Below, in pieces: positions 49,055-58,618 of a stretch of DNA of 64,000 bases. The notes beneath the pieces were generated by a model. It did no database searches, was not told where the DNA came from, and saw only the letters and a list, made by a program, of their open reading frames with translations. Positions within the stretch are counted from its first letter, which is position 1. Every line of letters begins with the position of its first letter. The translations under genes and the position numbers were made by a program. Source of the stretch: an uncultured virus (IMG/VR IMGVR_UViG_3300026549_002477) (lineage: Duplodnaviria > Heunggongvirae > Uroviricota > Caudoviricetes); the IMG/VR virus record IMGVR_UViG_3300026549_002477; one strand, given 5' to 3'.

Positions 49055-52000
49055 TTGAATTCCAAGGTAGGGAAATTTTTACAGCTATTAATCATAGTAT
49101 TCCTATCTGTGTTAGCCATGTTAGCTTTCAAGCCGTTGCAATCTACCATATATGCCAGTGATTATAATGGTAATCAATCAGAAACAACAGATGGCAGTGG
49201 CAGCAGCTGGGGTAATACGCAATGGGATTATAGTCAGGTAGGTTATCGAGTTTACCTGTATAATATCAACACAGGTTCAGTTATCAGTGACGTAGTTGAT
49301 ATAGTTGGCACCTCCCCAAGATATAATTATGGATTTACCAGTACACGAAAAGGTGGGGGTTCAGTTAGTAGAAGATCAGTCGGTTATCCTGATTATGGTC
49401 ATGGAACAATGCCATCCCCGTTCAATGGTTCCACTTTGCATGGTGCTGCTTTGAAGGCATGGTTTACTGGTGATAACATGCACAATGGCAATAAGTTTAT
49501 TTGGAAGGTTTTTCATAAGAGGCCTACCGATTTACCAGAAGGCACCTATTGTATTCTAGAGGATTTAATGTGGAGAACGGTACCAAATACAACAGCCGGA
49601 AGTGGTAATTCAACCAGCGATGTTTTCTATGGTACTTATAATAACCTTTGTAATGATTATTATCCACATAGTAGTTATATCAATCCCGAGATGAGTGGTG
49701 GATATAAGTGTTATAAGAATGATAATTTTTGGAGATCGTGGCATACATGGTTACCGAATGCATTAGTCCTAGATAATGCAGAGGATGCTGCGAAGTTAGG
49801 ATTAACGGTTCCGGCAGATGCAAAAGTACGAATGTTTAGTACCTTAGGCAATCAAGGTTTAGGAATGCATGCTTTTCATGTAGCTGGAAGTGATTCAATA
49901 ACTCATACCTGGGATAAGAAAAATTGTCCGAAGACACCTGGTAAAGCACCGGATGATACCTCATTATATCCAGCACATGATTCTGATGACCCGAATTATA
50001 ATTGTCATATAGTAAAGTTATATTATGATTTAAAGGATGATGGAAAAACGCCAGATGAGACGAAACCAAGGGTAAAAGATAAGAATTGTTTTTATCGAGA
50101 CCTCACGTGTACGAAGATAGAAGTAGAGGATGAGGAAGAAGTAGGGTATAGAGTAATGGACTGGTCGACATCGTATTCCAGTGGGAATGAGTGGGAGAAT
50201 GTAACGCATTGGTCAGAAGTACCCACACCGATACAGAAAGCCACCAAGAAAACTCTTTTAAGTACAGTTACATTAAAGCCTAATAATGTAACAACTTCTA
50301 AATCAGATAATACTTTGTATGTGTTGCTTGTAAGAACTCCTAATGATACACATACATGGGATCAGCCAAATCATCCAGATGATCCGGGTCCTGCACCTGA
50401 TGATAGTGATAAGTATCCGCCTCATGATTCAGATGACAAGTATTATAATAATAACATTGTTAAGGATTATTGGATTTATGATGAAAATGGTAATCCAAAG
50501 ACACATGTTGGTACATTCCATAGAGAAAAGACAGCTAAGAATATACAGGTTGAAGATGAGAAAGAGTGGAAGGTCAAAGATTGGAAGACTTCAAATCAGT
50601 ATGATCCTAACATAAGTGAGTGGAATGTGCCTGGTACAATCTATCAGAAAGCTGGTAATACAACAGCATATGTTAAGATGGATCCAGAAAAAGGTGAGAC
50701 TACACTGTACGTATTGCTTATTAAATCTGAAGTAGAAGATAAAGAGCCACCAACAGATTGGGATTATCAAGTTTATGAGAGTCAGGTTAGTAGAGGTATT
50801 ACACTAAGAGTTAATGATAAAGGAAAGAATATTCTGTTTGGACATCATTTCAATTGGGATTATCCAGCAATAAATGATGATGGACATGGATTTTCTTGGC
50901 ATTATTGGAAGGTAGTTAATGTTATACACCATACTGATCATCATAGCGATCCTATATATGATTCACAAGGAAATGTGAGTGGGCATCATAACTATGATAC
51001 TCATTGGGACGAAGATATTTGGGGCTGGTCAAGTGGTGGTGATAAACACTCAAGCACTTTCTGGTGTCCATCATATCAGTTCACTGACTACAGATTCCAG
51101 TTAGGTATCAAGAATAAGACTTATGATGATACTAAAGTTGCTTCATTTGGACAAAAAATGGTACTTAACGGAACTAAAGTAACTGGTGATAATGACCATG
51201 TATTCTTTAGAACACCTAGTGGTTATAGCGATGCAGACCATGATCCTGGGGCACAAACTGGTTCTGGACATACAGCACCTGGTGGAACAATAGATGATTG
51301 GGATACATCAATTAACACTAACGGTTATGATTATTATTGTGTAGTATACAGAGGTGAAGATACACTTACATTTGCAGAGTGGAAAGGTGCTTCTGGAGCA
51401 ATCACTGGTTTAAGCAACTTTAAGGTAGCTAACAAGCCACAGGGTCGTTTAAGTGGTAAGGGTGGCAGTAAGAATGGTAAATATTACATCTCAACTGAAG
51501 ATTACAACTTCAGTGATGCTGGAAGAGATAAGACAACCACAGTGCTGTTTGCTGGTGGAAATCCTAGCACAAGTGAGAAAAATAAAGACCTTAGTCCTAC
51601 CCACATTGATCCACATAGTAAGAGTGGTAGCATTGGATTGAATAATCCGCTTAGTGGAAGTTTTGGAATTAAGTACTTTGTATTCTTTGGTGATGAAAAC
51701 GGAAAGAGTACAACAAGTGAGTCTGGTAAGATTGCTAATGATAAGCCAGATGGTAATTATAAGCATTTGAATGGGATTCATGATCCACTTAACTTGTCTG
51801 TTGACGGATCAAAGCAGATGAGCGGTACAATGACTAAGTTAGGAAGCTTCTCATTCTATCCATATGTACAGATGAGATGGGATTCAGCTTTCGATAGTGG
51901 AAAAGATACTAAGATTTATGTTCTTGGTGAATACAAGAGAACAATGAATGTTAGCGGTGAAGCTGAGGTAATTTGGGGAAGAACTTCTGAGGCTAACTTG

Positions 52001-53071
52001 AATATAACTTCTAAACAGTGGTCAACTTCAAGTCAGACTAAGAAGGACATGAAGAGCATGACAGCTAAAGGTTTGCAGAAAGCTTTACCTGGTGGTGCAG
52101 TATTCATGATGGATACTAAGAATCATGATCAGAAATTATATGCTGTAACTTATCAGCCAATACTTACTGATGCAGGTGAGGAACAAGTTAAAAACACTAG
52201 TAGCGTTCCTAACTTCTTAACTGAAAGTTCTGTTACATCTAGACATACACAGTATGTCAAGAGTGTTGAGAAGATCATTGATGATGTGATGCTTGAGCAG
52301 TTTGCAAACAATGCTGACAGTGATCCGTTTGGTGGAAAAGCTGTTGACAATGGTTCTAATATAAGCTTCCTTAATAACGGAATTGATAAGGCAAGCAGCG
52401 AAAGCAAATACTATTTCAACTCACCTAGTATTAATGATAAGAAGGTTGAAGGTGACCTTGATTATGAAGAGGGAAGTACAACAACTGAAGATCACACATT
52501 CTCAACTAACGTTAAGGGACAGTTGTTAATGGATGGAAAAGTCATCATTGACAAGGGTGGATCAGTTGGAAGTTTGAGTGGCATTGCTAAAGATATTAAT
52601 GACAGAACTCAAATTGTTACACACCTTTGGAATAGTATCCAGAATAATGCTGGACATGATGTTGGCAGTAAAGAGTTAGATGGTGGTAATCCTAGTGGTG
52701 ATGATTCTGCTCTTGGAGTTAATAAAGAGCGTGCTGTTAATGCTCCTGATTGGGCTTCAGATGGTAAGTGGTACAATGAAGCATTTGATGGAATAACCAT
52801 TAGAATTACTTCAACTGAGATAACAGTTGGTTTGAAGGATCCAAGTGTTCGTAGCACAGTACTTGATCCAAAACTTATCCCTCCAACAAATAGCAAAGTT
52901 GGTGCTAAGAACACAGCTTCTTACAATGATTCAGCTATGAGAGTCAGACCTACAAGCGGAAAAGTTGTTGGTAGCTACAATAAGCAGAAAGTTGTTATGG
53001 ATGATATGGAGTGGCTGTTCTGGAGTAAGAGATGGTACATTCCGAACCAGACGGTACAAGATCTGAGATAA
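49055..53071 (+). CDS. Very large secreted beta-rich protein (putative adhesin) with a duplicated domain and a His-rich segment
   Basis: AGGAGG before TTG 49055; signal peptide ending IYA; two THTWD...TLYVLL domains; no C-terminal sorting signal. Confidence 0.7.
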   Translation: MNSKVGKFLQLLIIVFLSVLAMLAFKPLQSTIYASDYNGNQSETTDGSGSSWGNTQWDYSQVGYRVYLYNINTGSVISDVVDIVGTSPRYNYGFTSTRKGGGSVSRRSVGYPDYGHGTMPSPFNGSTLHGAALKAWFTGDNMHNGNKFIWKVFHKRPTDLPEGTYCILEDLMWRTVPNTTAGSGNSTSDVFYGTYNNLCNDYYPHSSYINPEMSGGYKCYKNDNFWRSWHTWLPNALVLDNAEDAAKLGLTVPADAKVRMFSTLGNQGLGMHAFHVAGSDSITHTWDKKNCPKTPGKAPDDTSLYPAHDSDDPNYNCHIVKLYYDLKDDGKTPDETKPRVKDKNCFYRDLTCTKIEVEDEEEVGYRVMDWSTSYSSGNEWENVTHWSEVPTPIQKATKKTLLSTVTLKPNNVTTSKSDNTLYVLLVRTPNDTHTWDQPNHPDDPGPAPDDSDKYPPHDSDDKYYNNNIVKDYWIYDENGNPKTHVGTFHREKTAKNIQVEDEKEWKVKDWKTSNQYDPNISEWNVPGTIYQKAGNTTAYVKMDPEKGETTLYVLLIKSEVEDKEPPTDWDYQVYESQVSRGITLRVNDKGKNILFGHHFNWDYPAINDDGHGFSWHYWKVVNVIHHTDHHSDPIYDSQGNVSGHHNYDTHWDEDIWGWSSGGDKHSSTFWCPSYQFTDYRFQLGIKNKTYDDTKVASFGQKMVLNGTKVTGDNDHVFFRTPSGYSDADHDPGAQTGSGHTAPGGTIDDWDTSINTNGYDYYCVVYRGEDTLTFAEWKGASGAITGLSNFKVANKPQGRLSGKGGSKNGKYYISTEDYNFSDAGRDKTTTVLFAGGNPSTSEKNKDLSPTHIDPHSKSGSIGLNNPLSGSFGIKYFVFFGDENGKSTTSESGKIANDKPDGNYKHLNGIHDPLNLSVDGSKQMSGTMTKLGSFSFYPYVQMRWDSAFDSGKDTKIYVLGEYKRTMNVSGEAEVIWGRTSEANLNITSKQWSTSSQTKKDMKSMTAKGLQKALPGGAVFMMDTKNHDQKLYAVTYQPILTDAGEEQVKNTSSVPNFLTESSVTSRHTQYVKSVEKIIDDVMLEQFANNADSDPFGGKAVDNGSNISFLNNGIDKASSESKYYFNSPSINDKKVEGDLDYEEGSTTTEDHTFSTNVKGQLLMDGKVIIDKGGSVGSLSGIAKDINDRTQIVTHLWNSIQNNAGHDVGSKELDGGNPSGDDSALGVNKERAVNAPDWASDGKWYNEAFDGITIRITSTEITVGLKDPSVRSTVLDPKLIPPTNSKVGAKNTASYNDSAMRVRPTSGKVVGSYNKQKVVMDDMEWLFWSKRWYIPNQTVQDLR

Positions 53072-53107
53072 CAAATAGTAAAAATAGTTAGACTTAAATA
53101 AACTGCT

Positions 53108-53144
53108 AATAACGGGTGTCTCTTGTGAGATGCCCGTTATTTTA
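53108..53144 (+). terminator. Rho-independent terminator
   Basis: AATAACGGGTGTCTC-TTGT-GAGATGCCCGTTATTTT. Confidence 0.85.
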
Positions 53145-53207
53145 TGTCTAAAACTTATAATTAAGCCAAAAGAATAATATACAAAAAATTTTAAATTGGA
53201 GGTTATT

Positions 53208-54047
53208 ATGGTTATTACTATTCCAACATTGACATTAGCTGTAATAGTGAGTGAGTCTATGGGTGCACCAGTGCTTGATCCAGATGACTTATTAAGATTA
53301 GTGAGCGGCTCACCAGAATTTGAATTAGTTATAAGTGATAAAAAGAAAGAAGATAATATACCTAGCAAAAAGAAAGATAAGCCAGTTTATCATAATAAGC
53401 AGGTTTGGGATAAGTCTTGCATGAATCAATTTAAGGGTGCAAGTTCTATTGAAGATGCTATCAATAATCATAGTATTAGATATTTCTTAAATAATGAAAC
53501 AAACATTGAAGATATAATTAAAACTGCTGAAAATAATTATATAGACATTGATAATTCTGAGGATGCAGAAATACTTGCATTAGGGTCTTATTTTGGTTTA
53601 TTAAATGAAGAGTCAGAAAATGAATCTGGGTTATATTTAAAAGTAACACGTAGACAGTTTGATGAAATGTTGAATAAAGCCTGTGAAGATAAGTCAAGTT
53701 TAGATAAATATGAATATATACATGAAGGTGACAAAGAATACAATGATAATATAACACTAGCAGAAGTATTGTATTTGACATCAATAAAATTATTATTCAA
53801 TGATTTTAGTAAATATACTGCTGTTGATGGGTTATCAAACATTAAGGATGAAGCTGATAAATTAAGAAAAGCACTTAAAGACCCAGAAAAATACATTCCG
53901 GCTGGATTGGTTTGTGGCTTAAAGGTAGCCAGCGACCACGATTTATTAGATGGGTTCGATGGGTATAGTTGGGATGACTCTGTAGATCAAAAGGATGTAT
54001 TGAGAATTATTATAAATGCTTTGGATAAAAGTGATGAAGCTATATAA
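53208..54047 (+). CDS. SLH-like motif protein, paralogous to the central part of 45647..47176
   Basis: VTRRQF and ITLAEVLYL; L..P.K....L...L.VA..H......W...V pattern shared with 45647. Confidence 0.55.
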   Translation: MVITIPTLTLAVIVSESMGAPVLDPDDLLRLVSGSPEFELVISDKKKEDNIPSKKKDKPVYHNKQVWDKSCMNQFKGASSIEDAINNHSIRYFLNNETNIEDIIKTAENNYIDIDNSEDAEILALGSYFGLLNEESENESGLYLKVTRRQFDEMLNKACEDKSSLDKYEYIHEGDKEYNDNITLAEVLYLTSIKLLFNDFSKYTAVDGLSNIKDEADKLRKALKDPEKYIPAGLVCGLKVASDHDLLDGFDGYSWDDSVDQKDVLRIIINALDKSDEAI

Positions 54048-54075
54048 TTGACATGTATATATAAACTGATATATT
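54048..54075 (+). promoter_or_regulatory. Sigma-A promoter with extended -10
   Basis: TTGACA-16 nt-TATATT with TGn. Confidence 0.7.
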
Positions 54076-54112
54076 CAAATTTTTTAGATTAAAAATTTAA
54101 TGGAGATATAAC

Positions 54113-54991
54113 ATGAATAAAAAGTTTTTAATCATTGCAATGTCAGCATTAATGCTGAGTTTAACTGGATGCAGTTCAAGTGAAAAGCCAGAAGTAGCTG
54201 TTGGAGAAGACAGAGTTGCTACTAGAGATACAGAGATAACATTAGATTCTGACACATCTAGTACAGAGTCAACCTTAGAAACATATGATGATACTGAAGA
54301 AAGACAGATTTGGATCAAAAATAAGCTAAAAGAAAATTATAATAACTTTGTTAAAGCTAAAGCGACTGCCAGTACTGAAGGCGAAATGTTTCTATTAGTG
54401 GATGAGCATGAAATTAAAGTTCCGTTTACTGGAAGTAAACTTAATGAAGTAGGATATGTTAATAGTAATAACAGTAATGTAGAGAAGATGTCAGTAACAA
54501 ATAATTCAGACATGTATACTAAAGGGAATGATGCATTAAAAGTTGGATACATCAACTGGTCTAATAAAGATGTAGGAAAGGCAGATTGTGATATAGCATA
54601 TATGTCTGGAAATCAAATAGCAGTATTTATTGATGATGACTCAAGAAATATAGATTATGGTTTAAGTTTAAGTGATACACTTGATATTCTTGAAGATCAT
54701 GGATATGTAATGAGATACAGTAAAACAAGTGATATAATACCTGGATATGAAAATCTTGACAAAATAAATGTAGCTAATGGTAATGAAATTAATTTTGTTG
54801 AGTATGATGAATATAATAAGACATGGGTTTTAAAGGCAGACAGAGCTAGATTAAGTGATGAAAATAGATTAGATCATGTTTGGGTACTTATACATGGAAA
54901 TGATTCAGAAGGTATTACTAATATAGAATATAATTATGAATATGAGAATTATTTATATTTAGGAAACATATATGATGGACTCTATAAATAA
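54113..54991 (+). CDS. Lipoprotein of unknown function
   Basis: MNKK + hydrophobic stretch + LTGC lipobox. Confidence 0.8.
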   Translation: MNKKFLIIAMSALMLSLTGCSSSEKPEVAVGEDRVATRDTEITLDSDTSSTESTLETYDDTEERQIWIKNKLKENYNNFVKAKATASTEGEMFLLVDEHEIKVPFTGSKLNEVGYVNSNNSNVEKMSVTNNSDMYTKGNDALKVGYINWSNKDVGKADCDIAYMSGNQIAVFIDDDSRNIDYGLSLSDTLDILEDHGYVMRYSKTSDIIPGYENLDKINVANGNEINFVEYDEYNKTWVLKADRARLSDENRLDHVWVLIHGNDSEGITNIEYNYEYENYLYLGNIYDGLYK

Positions 54992-55010
54992 TAATAAGGA
55001 TCAAAAAACT

Positions 55011-55211
55011 ATGAAAGAAAAACTTAAAAAATTATTAAAAGATAACTATGAAAGCCAAGAGGATTTGGCATTGTTGCTTGGAATAACTTATCAATCAGTC
55101 AGTATTAAGATTAATGGGCACAAAGATTTTCGACAAAGTGAAATAAAAGCTATGATGCAACATTATAGACTTACACCAGAACAGGTAGTTGATATATTCT
55201 TTACTGATTAA
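55011..55211 (+). CDS. XRE/Cro-family HTH transcriptional regulator
   Basis: SQEDLALLLGITYQSVSIKINGHKDFRQSEI...IFF. Confidence 0.82.
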   Translation: MKEKLKKLLKDNYESQEDLALLLGITYQSVSIKINGHKDFRQSEIKAMMQHYRLTPEQVVDIFFTD

Positions 55212-55247
55212 TATTGTTTAGTAATTAATTTTTTAACTTAGATTAGA

Positions 55248-56348
55248 TTGGAGATTGAGCAAGTAATGAAATTTTATCATAAACATAGGGATTTAATTGA
55301 CTGCATAGTGGTGTTCTTGTTAGTGGCATTGTGCACATATTATGATTACTTTGAATATGGGATTGCTACTGATGCAACAATAAAAACATTGGCATTACAT
55401 GAAAGAGCATTGTATAATATTCTTGAAAAGGTGTTTATGTTTTATGCATTAATAGCTGGATTGAGAACACCTGTATTAGCTCAGCTAGCTTTGATAATTT
55501 CTTTAATGTCAAATTTTATGTATTATAGGTATGGCAATGTATTATATGCGGCAATACAGATGAGAAGTGATCTTATATGGATTATGATAACTTGTTTAGC
55601 AATGATTATTTACGTGTATGTTGCAGATAAAAAACAGTATCCAGAGAATATGATACGGAATGATTCGATAAATAAGAGATTTTTAAATGATATAACATTT
55701 GAAGATCTTCCAAAAACAATTCCATTATGGAGTTTGATCATATGTTACAGTACGATAGTAAGTTTAGTTGGTGTTATAGCTAATAACACAGAAGAGTACA
55801 ATAATTATGGAGCAATCAAATATTATTTGGGATTCAGTTCAGTTTTAAGTACACTGATGATGATTGGAATATTTACTGTATCAAATTTAACTTATCAGTT
55901 GTTATTAATTGAGGGAATAAGTGAGATTGTAGCATTGATAATGTTAAATAAATATGGTGGAGTTTCACAGTCAGCTAAGTTAGAAGTAGCAAGTGAATTA
56001 ATAATAATCTTTCTAATTTTAGAGAGATACTTAACAGAAGTTGTGATACCAAAAAGACAGATAATAAAGATTCAGAAAATGCAAGAAGCTGCTGAATTAG
56101 AAAAGCTGCACAAGTCAATTAAGGATAAAACTTCAGAAGAGATAAGGAAAGCTGAAGAAAAGGATAGAGAAATTATTAAGAAACTTGATGAAGAAAAAAT
56201 AAAGCAAAGAACTGAAAAGATTGATCCAGAAATATTAAAAGATGGCATTGAAAAGGATGCTAAGAACTTAGAGAAAGATGCTAAGAACTTAGAGAAAGAT
56301 GCTAAGAACTTAGAGAAAGATGCTAAGAACTTAGAAAGTAGCAAATAA
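55248..56348 (+). CDS. Polytopic membrane protein with a charged coiled-coil tail
   Basis: About 7-8 hydrophobic segments; EKDAKNL x4 tail. Confidence 0.7.
   Translation: MEIEQVMKFYHKHRDLIDCIVVFLLVALCTYYDYFEYGIATDATIKTLALHERALYNILEKVFMFYALIAGLRTPVLAQLALIISLMSNFMYYRYGNVLYAAIQMRSDLIWIMITCLAMIIYVYVADKKQYPENMIRNDSINKRFLNDITFEDLPKTIPLWSLIICYSTIVSLVGVIANNTEEYNNYGAIKYYLGFSSVLSTLMMIGIFTVSNLTYQLLLIEGISEIVALIMLNKYGGVSQSAKLEVASELIIIFLILERYLTEVVIPKRQIIKIQKMQEAAELEKLHKSIKDKTSEEIRKAEEKDREIIKKLDEEKIKQRTEKIDPEILKDGIEKDAKNLEKDAKNLEKDAKNLEKDAKNLESSK
56250..56336 (+). repeat. 4 x 21-bp in-frame tandem repeat (EKDAKNL)
   Basis: GA(A/G)AA(G/A)GATGCTAAGAACTTA x4. Confidence 0.92.
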
Positions 56349-56354
56349 AGTTTA

Positions 56355-56849
56355 ATGAGCATCGAAAGGTTGCATATAATGAGTGTTGGAATAAAAGTAA
56401 CAAACAATATTTATATAGGTCTTTGGGAAATTAAAGAGCAATTACTTAGAGATTTAGACGAATCAAAGTTATTATATAATATAGCTTATGATAAAGTTGC
56501 TAAATCTTCTGATTATAAGGAAACAATCATCCAGATTCCAGATTTGGAGGTAGAAATTTCACTTAATAACGATATTATTAAGTATATACGTAGTGGGGCT
56601 AATAAGTATACTATATTAGATGAGATTGAGACTGGTGATAATGATACAATAAAACATATAAGAATCATTAAAGAAGAAATGGAAAAGAGATTTGGTGATG
56701 AATATAACATAAGAGTTGAAAGAATAAGCGCTGATACATTAGGAATGACATTTGTATTATCATCAACAATCACTGATGAAAAAGTTAGAGTACAGATATT
56801 GAAAAATAACTCCAATGAAGTGTATATGAATACAATGTTAGCTTTGTAA
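56355..56849 (+). CDS. Hypothetical protein
   Basis: ORF within the operon. Confidence 0.6.
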   Translation: MSIERLHIMSVGIKVTNNIYIGLWEIKEQLLRDLDESKLLYNIAYDKVAKSSDYKETIIQIPDLEVEISLNNDIIKYIRSGANKYTILDEIETGDNDTIKHIRIIKEEMEKRFGDEYNIRVERISADTLGMTFVLSSTITDEKVRVQILKNNSNEVYMNTMLAL

Positions 56850-56886
56850 TACAGTATGATTAAGATAGGTTTAACTGGAGGCTTGT

Positions 56887-58617
56887 ATGGATGCTCGTGT
56901 AGAGTATTTTAGGAATAAAATAACAAATAGAATAGAACAACTGCATCCGTATATGGCTGAAGAAAAATTCGTATTATACAAGCGAATGATTGAAGATTGT
57001 GATAGTTTTGAAGAGTTAAGAGAAGTTGCAGAAATGGATCTGCAATTTAATTTAGCCATATATTTAAAGGGTATCGAAACAGAACTTAGTGCACATGATA
57101 CAAATACAAAGGATTTAAATGCAGTAACAAATAGTAATGATAGAGCTGCAAGAGTAGCAGTTATAGCATCAAGAAATTCTAAAAATAAGCATAAGGATTT
57201 TGATTATAAGACTGTTGTAAATGATCTTGAAACAACTAGATTAAGTGATGTAGCTGTTAATTTATTATATAAAAGGATACAAGATGCTGATAATCAGTAT
57301 GCAGCCGATGACATAGCTGATCTAGAGAACAATATAGATGGTTTAGATGATCAATCTGAAACATATGAAGACGATACTGACGATTATGATGACTCTGATG
57401 AGTCTGAAGAAGATGGATTAACCATTGAAGATGATTCTGCACAATATGAAGATATAGATGAAACTGAAGAAGATAACACTGAAGAGTCTGAAAATAACAC
57501 TGAAGAGTCTGAAAATAACACTGAAGAGTCTGAAGAAGATTACATGAATAGTGTGATAGACTTTGGAGATGAAGTAACAGATGTTAAAGAATCAGACAAC
57601 AGTGAGAATATAGATGGTTTGGATATAGAGGATGATGAATCTTTTGAAGTAGATGATGAACCAGAAGAAACTGACACTACATCTGGGGAAGTTGATAATG
57701 ACTTTGAAGTAGATGATGATAACTTTGAAGTAGATGATGAACCAGAGGATTCAGATGATGATAACTTTGAAGTAGATGATGATAACTTTGAAGTAGATGA
57801 TGAACCAGAGGATTCAGATGATGATAACTTTGAAGTAGATGATGATAACTTTGAGGTAGATGATGAACCAGAGGATTCAGATGATGATAACTTTGAAGTA
57901 GATGATGATAACTTTGAGGTAGATGATGATAACTTTGAGGTAGATGATGAACCAGAGGATTCAGATGATGATAACTTTGAGGTAGATGATGATAACTTTG
58001 AGGTAGATGATGATAACTTTGAAGTAGATGATGAAACATCAGAAGAATCAGATGATAACTTTGAAGTAGATGATGATAACTTTGAAGTAGATGATGATAA
58101 CTTTGAAGTAGATGATGAAACATCAGAAGAATCAGATAATAACTTTGAGGTAGATGATGATAACTTTGAAGTAGATGATGATTCATATACTGATCCAGAT
58201 TCACTTTATGAGTATGAAGAAGACACAGAGCAAGATGATGAAGACACAGAGCAAGATGATATTGACAATAGTTATGAAGAAAATGATACCTTCGAAGTAG
58301 ATACTGATAATTTTGAAGATGACACTGATAATTATGATGATGAATCACAAGACATAAGTGAAGTATTTGGTGATTCAGGTGATATAGATGAATCTTCTCT
58401 TAAGCAAGATACACCAGAGGATGATCTAGAGTGGTTTAATGAGCATGCTAAACATGAGAAGAAGATAGTAACACCTCAGAACGTTTTTCTAAACGGAACA
58501 AAAAGAGGTGAACAAACGCAGCAAGTATATAATATCATTGGGAACATAGTTAACAAACTTGGAATTTTGAATCAGAAATCTATAAATAAAATTAATTCAT
58601 CTATAAATAGGCAATAA
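56887..58617 (+). CDS. Extremely acidic low-complexity repeat protein
   Basis: GGAGG RBS; helical N- and C-terminal caps around a ~370-aa D/E-rich tract. Confidence 0.8.
   Translation: MDARVEYFRNKITNRIEQLHPYMAEEKFVLYKRMIEDCDSFEELREVAEMDLQFNLAIYLKGIETELSAHDTNTKDLNAVTNSNDRAARVAVIASRNSKNKHKDFDYKTVVNDLETTRLSDVAVNLLYKRIQDADNQYAADDIADLENNIDGLDDQSETYEDDTDDYDDSDESEEDGLTIEDDSAQYEDIDETEEDNTEESENNTEESENNTEESEEDYMNSVIDFGDEVTDVKESDNSENIDGLDIEDDESFEVDDEPEETDTTSGEVDNDFEVDDDNFEVDDEPEDSDDDNFEVDDDNFEVDDEPEDSDDDNFEVDDDNFEVDDEPEDSDDDNFEVDDDNFEVDDDNFEVDDEPEDSDDDNFEVDDDNFEVDDDNFEVDDETSEESDDNFEVDDDNFEVDDDNFEVDDETSEESDNNFEVDDDNFEVDDDSYTDPDSLYEYEEDTEQDDEDTEQDDIDNSYEENDTFEVDTDNFEDDTDNYDDESQDISEVFGDSGDIDESSLKQDTPEDDLEWFNEHAKHEKKIVTPQNVFLNGTKRGEQTQQVYNIIGNIVNKLGILNQKSINKINSSINRQ
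57694..58182 (+). repeat. Nested 21-bp-unit tandem array (DDDNFEV / DDEPEDS)
   Basis: GATGATGATAACTTTGA(A/G)GTA-type units (16 NFEV copies) interleaved with spacer units that keep the 7-codon register. Confidence 0.92.
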
Positions 58618-58618
58618 C

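Noticed and set aside
55248..56348. PnuC-like vitamin transporter call
   Set aside because: Topology is loosely compatible, but I cannot identify diagnostic motifs, so it is left as a membrane protein.
57677..58348. 223-aa minus-strand His/Leu/Gln repeat ORF
   Set aside because: Reverse-complement read-through of the 21-bp acidic repeat array; no RBS or independent support.
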